From positions 1-63,001 of the forward strand of contig JBGSYZ010000012.1 in the NCBI GenBank assembly GCA_041750655.1: a DNA stretch of 63,001 nucleotides. Reading direction: 5' to 3'. Under the pieces are notes generated by a model. That model had not been told where the DNA came from, searched no databases, and saw only the letters and a program-made list of their open reading frames with translations. This document shows positions 57,208 through 63,001 of the stretch, in pieces. Position 1 is the first letter of the stretch. Each line of letters opens with the position of its first letter. Source of the DNA: Minisyncoccia bacterium (GTDB lineage Bacteria; Patescibacteriota; Minisyncoccia; Phycocordibacterales; UBA918). A program made the position numbers and the translations under genes.

Positions 57208-58719
57208 ATGGACAAAACATCACAGTACATCGGAGCGCGTATCGCCGATCTACGGGAAGCTCAAGGTCTGACCCAAACTGATTTAGCTAAGAAGCTTAAA
57301 ACCACCCAAAGCGCAGTGGCGCGAATTGAAGCTGGTAAACAAAATATTAGCGCTGATATGTTGCAGAAAATCGGTACGGCTCTGAAGAAAAATTTAGTCA
57401 CTCTCTCGCCTGGAACCGTCAACCTTTCTATCGAAGGCGGTCAGAAACTCAAAGGTACCGTTGTGACCAACACCAGCAAGAACGGCGCTGTCGCCCTACT
57501 GTGTGCTTCCCTCTTAAATCACGGCACCACGCGCTTGCGCCGCATGCCGCGGATTGAGGAAGTGCATCGCTTGATTGAAGTTCTTCATAGCCTCGGGGTG
57601 AAGGTCGACTGGGATGGTTCAGATGTGGTTATCAAACGCCCAAAAGAATTAAAATTTAAAAACATTGACGTGGAAGCCGCCAAAAAAACCCGGAGCATTA
57701 TTATGTTTATTGGCCCCCTCTTGCACCAACTTTCAAAATTCTCTTTGCCCCAATCTGGCGGTTGTAAGCTTGGTAGTCGTACCGTCCGTCCACACTTCTT
57801 TGCGCTTGAACATTTCGGAACTGATATCAAGGTGACAGAAAATTCTTTTGACGTCACCACTAAAGTCAAAAAAGCGAATGAAATTATCTTGTACGAAAGT
57901 GGTGACACTGTCACCGAAAATACTCTCATGGCCGCAGCTCTATCAAGTTCCACCACCATTATTAAGTATGCGAGCGCCAACTACATGGTGCAAGAGCTGT
58001 GTGCCTTTCTGATTATGTGCGGAGTAAAGATTGAAGGAATCGGCACCACCACCCTTACAGTGACTGGTGTAGAAAGTATTAATCTGGATATTGATTACAC
58101 ATTATCGGAAGACCCGACGGACAGTATGTTCTTCTTAGCCGCAGCGGCGGTGACGAATTCGAGCTTAACCATTGAACGTTGTCCAATTGAATTTCTTGAG
58201 CTCGAACTTTTAGTTTTAACCAAAATGGGCTTTAAGTATTCAGCTAGTAAGCCGTATCTTTCACACAACGGTCTAACTAAACTCGTCGATATCAAAACCA
58301 AACCTTCCAAACTCATCGCTCCACCAGAGAAGATTGCACCACGACCGTATCCAGGCATCAACATCGACAACCTTCCCTTCTTCGCTGTGATCGCTACCCA
58401 AGCGGCAGGACAAACTCTAATCCATGACTGGGTGTACGAAAAGCGCGCTATTTATTTTACGGAGCTCGATAAACTCGGGGCAGAGACGGTTCTGGCCGAC
58501 CCACACCGCATCTTCATCACTGGCCCAACCAACCTTCATGCCGCCGAACTCGTCTGCCCGCCTGCTTTACGCCCGGCTACTATTCTACTGATTGCGATGC
58601 TTGGCGCTAAAGGTCACTCGGTTTTACGCAACATCTATAGCATCAACCGCGGCTATGAACGATTAGTTGACCGTCTCCAGGCTTTGGGTGCGAAGGTAAA
58701 GTATTTGGAGGAGTTCTAG
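57208..58719 (+). CDS. murA: UDP-GlcNAc 1-carboxyvinyltransferase with N-terminal XRE HTH
   Basis: LRE..GLTQTDLA...TTQSAVARIEAG, then SKNGA, GGCKLGSR (catalytic Cys), RGYE. Confidence 0.92.
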   Translation: MDKTSQYIGARIADLREAQGLTQTDLAKKLKTTQSAVARIEAGKQNISADMLQKIGTALKKNLVTLSPGTVNLSIEGGQKLKGTVVTNTSKNGAVALLCASLLNHGTTRLRRMPRIEEVHRLIEVLHSLGVKVDWDGSDVVIKRPKELKFKNIDVEAAKKTRSIIMFIGPLLHQLSKFSLPQSGGCKLGSRTVRPHFFALEHFGTDIKVTENSFDVTTKVKKANEIILYESGDTVTENTLMAAALSSSTTIIKYASANYMVQELCAFLIMCGVKIEGIGTTTLTVTGVESINLDIDYTLSEDPTDSMFFLAAAAVTNSSLTIERCPIEFLELELLVLTKMGFKYSASKPYLSHNGLTKLVDIKTKPSKLIAPPEKIAPRPYPGINIDNLPFFAVIATQAAGQTLIHDWVYEKRAIYFTELDKLGAETVLADPHRIFITGPTNLHAAELVCPPALRPATILLIAMLGAKGHSVLRNIYSINRGYERLVDRLQALGAKVKYLEEF

Positions 58720-58738
58720 AAATAACCGACAAAACAGA

Positions 58739-58770
58739 GAGCCGCGCCTATGGGCGCGGCTCAACTTTTT
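58739..58770. terminator. Terminator with the same 10-bp stem as 563-595
   Basis: GAGCCGCGCC-TATG-GGCGCGGCTC. Confidence 0.8.
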
Positions 58771-59195
58771 TAGTCACCGGATATGACATAAACATGAACT
58801 CGTTTACACTCCAAACACCTATACCCCACTCCTTCAGAACTAAGACCAGCACCACTACAAAGACTGGTTTCGAAAGCATCCATAAACTCTGTACGATTTT
58901 CCTTAATATCTTGTTTGTCAGCTCGTACAAGTTCTGTCTTGCAATCAATACAAATAGGCAAAACGCTCCGCGACTTACTTTTAGTACCACATTTCTTACA
59001 AACAAGTTCTTGCACGTAACCCTGCCAACCTTGACTAAGCATTGTTTGCCCAAGAATAGTATGTCGTTGAGAAATCAAGCTAAAGTCATGGTCACATTTT
59101 GAGATTGCCTCGTAAAGTTCACGCTGAGCTTTCTCAGCAGCTAATCTTTTTTCACTAATTGTTTCGTCGGCGCACGAATAGCCAGTACCTGACAT
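58770..59195 (-). CDS. Hypothetical Cys-rich, probably zinc-binding protein
   Basis: CKKC, CIDC, CLEC plus C-D-H; AAGGA SD before ATG 59195. Confidence 0.65.
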   Translation of the reverse strand: MSGTGYSCADETISEKRLAAEKAQRELYEAISKCDHDFSLISQRHTILGQTMLSQGWQGYVQELVCKKCGTKSKSRSVLPICIDCKTELVRADKQDIKENRTEFMDAFETSLCSGAGLSSEGVGYRCLECKRVHVYVISGD

Positions 59196-59334
59196 TTTTA
59201 TTTCCTTTCTTATTTCTGACCAAAACATATCACTTAATTTATATTTTTTCCACTCCAAAATAGTCGGCCAGCGACGCTCACCGACTATTTTCCTATAATT
59301 ACGAAGAACAACGGTAATTTGATACAATGGAAGA

Positions 59335-61224
59335 ATGTACGTCGTTGAGGTAATACCATTAAAAAAAGGGATTCAATTAGAGTCCCTAACCTATTTCTCT
59401 TCCCAACCGTATGAGTTTGGTACCATTCTCACTATACCGGTGCGAAGCAAAGAAGCCAGAGCGGTGGTGGTGAATTGTGTTGAAGCTTCTTCCGCCAAAA
59501 CTGCCCTACGCGCGGCCACTTTTTCTCTTCGCAAATTACCACCACAAACTGAGACCAGTTCCCTAGCGCCAGGCTTAATCAAAACTGCTGAAACTCTGCA
59601 AAAAGAATACCCCTTTAAACTCGGAACTATTTTATTCTCACTGCTACCAAGTGAAATCAAAAACGGTCAACAGCGTTTCCCTCAGATGTACGCCCACGCC
59701 CCATCCCTTCCAGATAAAAGACAACCCGAAATCTTACTCGCGTCTCGCCACGATCGGTATGTTGCCTATCGGAGCCTCATTCGAAATACTTTTGCCCATG
59801 GTGGTTCAGTTTTATTGGTTGTTCCGACCATAGCCCACATTGATGATATGGTGCGACATGTGAGCGCTGGTATAGCTGACAGAGTCCTGGCTCTGCAATC
59901 AGGCACAGTCAGAAAAAGAACGACTGGCTACGAGGCGTACGAAGATTGCTCAAAAGCCAAGGTTATTGTGTGTACCCCCACTCATGCTTTTCTTGATAGA
60001 CACGACGTAACAACCATAATCATCGACCACGCACGCAGTCAACACTTCAATGGCCGCACCCAACCATACCTCGATTACCGCACCGCACTCGTCACCTACG
60101 CCGCCGAAACCCAAAAAAGAATTGTCCTGGCCGACACTGTTCTTCGTAGCGAAGAAGAAGCCAAGCTGCGTTCGGGTATATACATCGAGCATGACGAACA
60201 TCCAAAACGTTTGGCTCTACCAGCTAAACTTGTTCATGTGCAAAGACCAAAACGGGAACAAGGCCAAACCTACAACTTAATTACCCCCAAGATAACGGAG
60301 CACATCGACAAAACCCTCAATGCCCGGCGTAACATTTTTATTTACGCTCCTCGCCGCGGACTAGCACCAATAGTTACATGTGCAGATTGTGGTCATATTT
60401 TTATCTGCAAAGATTCCGGAGCTCCCTACACTCTCATGAAAACCATGGAAGGTGGTGAAGAAAAGCGATGGTTTGTCGCCAAAACTACCGGCCAAAAAGT
60501 ACCGGCAGCTGATGTCTGCCCAGTCTGTAACTCCTGGAAATTACGCGAGCAAGGGATAGGAATTCAAAAGGTATATGACACTGTTCGTTCGCTTTTCTCA
60601 CAGTACCCAACCATACTTTTTGATAGTGAAACTGCCAAAACTTCCAAAAAAGCCGAACTGTTGATGAAATCTTTTTACAAAGAAAAAGGTGCTATTCTCA
60701 TTGGTACGTCGATGGTCTTCCCGTACCTAACCGATCCGGTACATACCAGTATTGTTTCTTCACTTGAGGCGGTACGAGCCACACCGACGTGGCGCAGCCA
60801 GGAAGAATTTTTTGCGCTTCTCATGACTCTACGTGAACTATCAACAGACACCGTGATGATTCAAAGCAAAGAAGAGGCGGATGATACCGTCGAGCTCGCT
60901 AAAAAAGGCATGGTCGAACAGTTTTATACCGAAGAACTGGAGCTACGAAAAATCCTCAACTACCCACCGCATGCCCGGTTTATTCATCTGACTTGGCGCG
61001 GCCGCCTACCGGCTAGCCGCGCCTTCGGCGAAAAAATAAAACTCCAGTTCAACGCCTTTAATATAAAATGCTACGCCGACCCGAGTACCACTGGCGAACT
61101 ACGCACCTTCTACGCGCTTATCCGCGTCGCGGAAACCGATTGGCCCGACACTCGCCTCATGCGCCTGTTGCGTTCCCTCCCGCCATCGGTGCGGATAATG
61201 CTCAACCCAGACAGGATTATTTAG
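59335..61224 (+). CDS. priA: PriA-like primosomal protein lacking helicase motifs
   Basis: N-terminal 3'-DNA-binding-domain-like region, RRG, CADC...CPVC, PPHARFI; no GxxGSGKT. Confidence 0.8.
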   Translation: MYVVEVIPLKKGIQLESLTYFSSQPYEFGTILTIPVRSKEARAVVVNCVEASSAKTALRAATFSLRKLPPQTETSSLAPGLIKTAETLQKEYPFKLGTILFSLLPSEIKNGQQRFPQMYAHAPSLPDKRQPEILLASRHDRYVAYRSLIRNTFAHGGSVLLVVPTIAHIDDMVRHVSAGIADRVLALQSGTVRKRTTGYEAYEDCSKAKVIVCTPTHAFLDRHDVTTIIIDHARSQHFNGRTQPYLDYRTALVTYAAETQKRIVLADTVLRSEEEAKLRSGIYIEHDEHPKRLALPAKLVHVQRPKREQGQTYNLITPKITEHIDKTLNARRNIFIYAPRRGLAPIVTCADCGHIFICKDSGAPYTLMKTMEGGEEKRWFVAKTTGQKVPAADVCPVCNSWKLREQGIGIQKVYDTVRSLFSQYPTILFDSETAKTSKKAELLMKSFYKEKGAILIGTSMVFPYLTDPVHTSIVSSLEAVRATPTWRSQEEFFALLMTLRELSTDTVMIQSKEEADDTVELAKKGMVEQFYTEELELRKILNYPPHARFIHLTWRGRLPASRAFGEKIKLQFNAFNIKCYADPSTTGELRTFYALIRVAETDWPDTRLMRLLRSLPPSVRIMLNPDRII

Positions 61225-61285
61225 CTTGACAAAACTTTTGAGTGTGGTTTTCTATTCTCAGATATCTTTCAAAAGGAATGACGGG

Positions 61286-62002
61286 ATGACAATCGAATGT
61301 GGCTATAACGTAGTTTTTCAGTTCACCGATGCCGCTGGGCCCCTAAGTGGAAGCATGGAATGGATGAACTTTGGTACCAAAGAGGAATTCCGTGAGTGGT
61401 ACGAACCTCTAAAAGTAGCCTTGCTCAATGAAGTGTACGCTGAAGGGATCTCTGGCGCTGAGGCTGAAAAGTTGGCTACAGAGAACAAGCCGGTTCTGAT
61501 TCCACTTGAAGAGCGAATCAGACTGGCGCAAGAAAATGTACCTGAGGGCGCTAAGCCGCCGGCGGATAGTTTCAAGCTTTCACAACTAAGTATTAGTGGA
61601 AAGAAGGACGGACTGAGCCCAGTGGGCGTTGTTCCTTTACACTTGCGTGGCTTGGTTCTGCTGGCTATAGAGATGGAAGAAACCTTTAGCACTGAGCAAC
61701 ACCGGCGGTGCGTTGAAGAATTTGGCAAACTTGAATACGACAAAGAAGGCCCCGAGTTTCAAATTTACTGCGAAATAGAGAAAGACCCGTTTTTTGCTGG
61801 CCTACATATTGTCATGAAGTATTTTGCCGAAGCACTGGAAGTTGAATTTCCAGCTATTGCTGCCAATGAAAAACGTGGGAGAATGTTCCATATTGGAGAA
61901 GACTGGTTGGTATACACTGCACCAGAAATCCCCTACCGGGATGAAGAACACCGGCGTCAGATTCAAACAGCTGCAAAAAGACTAAGGGAATTACTTAAGT
62001 AA
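61286..62002 (+). CDS. Hypothetical protein
   Basis: Long ORF; hairpin plus T run at about 62019-62050. Confidence 0.7.
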   Translation: MTIECGYNVVFQFTDAAGPLSGSMEWMNFGTKEEFREWYEPLKVALLNEVYAEGISGAEAEKLATENKPVLIPLEERIRLAQENVPEGAKPPADSFKLSQLSISGKKDGLSPVGVVPLHLRGLVLLAIEMEETFSTEQHRRCVEEFGKLEYDKEGPEFQIYCEIEKDPFFAGLHIVMKYFAEALEVEFPAIAANEKRGRMFHIGEDWLVYTAPEIPYRDEEHRRQIQTAAKRLRELLK

Positions 62003-62081
62003 AAATAATTCATTATAGGACGACGCGCTTTGCGCGCCGTCTTTTTCTTTTGCCAACAATACGTTATAGTTGCATACATAT

Positions 62082-62609
62082 ATGGCCACATTAGTACCCG
62101 AAAACCACCCTGCTCTACACGCTATTGCCGAAGATATTACTCCTGAAGAGATAGAAAACGGCACCGTCGCTAAGCTGATTAAGGATATGAAGGAAGCGCT
62201 GAAAACCTATAGCGTTGATGGTTTTGTGGCGGTTGCCATTGCGGCGCCACAGATTGGCATCAGCAAACGCTTATTTCTTATAGACGACCAGAGTAAAGAG
62301 CGCGAAGACCGTCTTCCACCTATCGTGGCTATCAATCCTAAAATCATCAAAGCTTCTAAAAAAAGTGAAGTTGCTGGCGAGGGTTGTCTGTCTATCCCCG
62401 ATTACTATGGCCTCGTGAAGCGTTCAACTAACGTCACCATGCGCGCTCTTGATGAAAATGGTAAAGAGTTTGAACGCGGTGCCGGCGGCCTCCTCGCTCG
62501 TATTATTCAACACGAAAGCAATCACCTTGATGGCATCCTTTTTACAGAGATTGCAGAAAGGGTTTGGCACAAAGACGAGCTCGGCAATCCCGCTGTAACT
62601 GATGTTTAA
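62082..62609 (+). CDS. def: Peptide deformylase
   Basis: AIAAPQIG, EGCLS, QHESNHLDG. Confidence 0.95.
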   Translation: MATLVPENHPALHAIAEDITPEEIENGTVAKLIKDMKEALKTYSVDGFVAVAIAAPQIGISKRLFLIDDQSKEREDRLPPIVAINPKIIKASKKSEVAGEGCLSIPDYYGLVKRSTNVTMRALDENGKEFERGAGGLLARIIQHESNHLDGILFTEIAERVWHKDELGNPAVTDV

Positions 62610-63001
62610 ATGAATATTTTAAATAATATAAAAATAGCGTACTTTGGTGGCGAGCCGCTTGGCGTACCGGTTTTAAGAGAACTAATGGAGTGTGGTATAA
62701 AGCCAGAGCTAATTGTCTGCAACCCTGACAAACCAAGTGGTCGTGGTCACAAACTCACTGCTCCGCCGATTAAAGTATGTGCGGAAGAAAATGAAATTGC
62801 CGTCTTTCAACCAAACAGTTTGAAAGACCGGGAACTACTAACTGAAAAATTGTCTTCGTACGACTTATTTGTAGTGGTAGCGTACAACCACCTTATGCCC
62901 AAATGGCTAATTGAGTTACCGAAGTATAAAACTATTAACGTACATCCGTCGATGTTACCACTGCGTCGTGGGCCGAACCCTATCCGTAGCGGGGGGGGGG
63001 G
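62610..63001 (+). CDS. fmt: Methionyl-tRNA formyltransferase (partial, runs off the window)
   Basis: Translated by hand: ...PDKPSGRG.KL..PPIK...VVVAY...INVHPSMLP..RG..PI; follows def. Confidence 0.93.
   Translation, partial: MNILNNIKIAYFGGEPLGVPVLRELMECGIKPELIVCNPDKPSGRGHKLTAPPIKVCAEENEIAVFQPNSLKDRELLTEKLSSYDLFVVVAYNHLMPKWLIELPKYKTINVHPSMLPLRRGPNPIRSGGG

Noticed and set aside
1042-62736. Numerous antisense or nested ORFs in the ORF track (e.g. 1042-1464, 11533-12075, 44934-45449, 47554-48003)
   Set aside because: Shadow frames of well-supported genes with no recognisable motifs.
62991-63001. Poly-G run
   Set aside because: At the sequence end inside fmt; typical two-colour-chemistry sequencing artefact.
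1-63001. Alternative genetic code (25 or 4)
   Set aside because: Conserved genes are intact under code 11, and TGA ends genes such as the second mreB.

Overview
63 kb of a bacterial chromosome whose gene content (small core genes, helicase-less PriA, XRE-MurA fusion, VirD4-like coupling ATPase, mreBCD/PBP and mraZ-rsmH-ftsL-ftsI-murF blocks, Pif1-like helicase, tRNA-overlapping serine recombinase) points to Patescibacteria/CPR, probably Parcubacteria (inference). It uses the standard genetic code. Most of the window is housekeeping. Three non-routine layers stand out. (1) A large serine recombinase sits at tRNA-Glu(CTC). Its gene lies between 115-bp perfect inverted repeats, so inversion would swap two alternative C-termini. 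Just upstream, a 20-nt copy of the tRNA 5' end is bracketed by two perfect hairpins. (2) Intergenic DNA holds at least two dispersed families of structured elements whose stems covary between copies: family 1 at 46843-46968, 55879-56002 and 56021-56112, and family 2 at 19299-19383 and 24858-24936. There are also several unique long-hairpin elements and two tandem repeats at gene ends that share a TGCC-nnCA-GGCA hairpin. (3) Core genes look leaderless (-10 box 6-9 nt before the start codon), whereas many solo ORFan genes have a sigma70 promoter, a Shine-Dalgarno site and a terminator; two of these are small ORFs missed by the ORF track. All product calls come from recognising motifs by eye; no database searches were run. 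The window ends inside fmt with a poly-G run.
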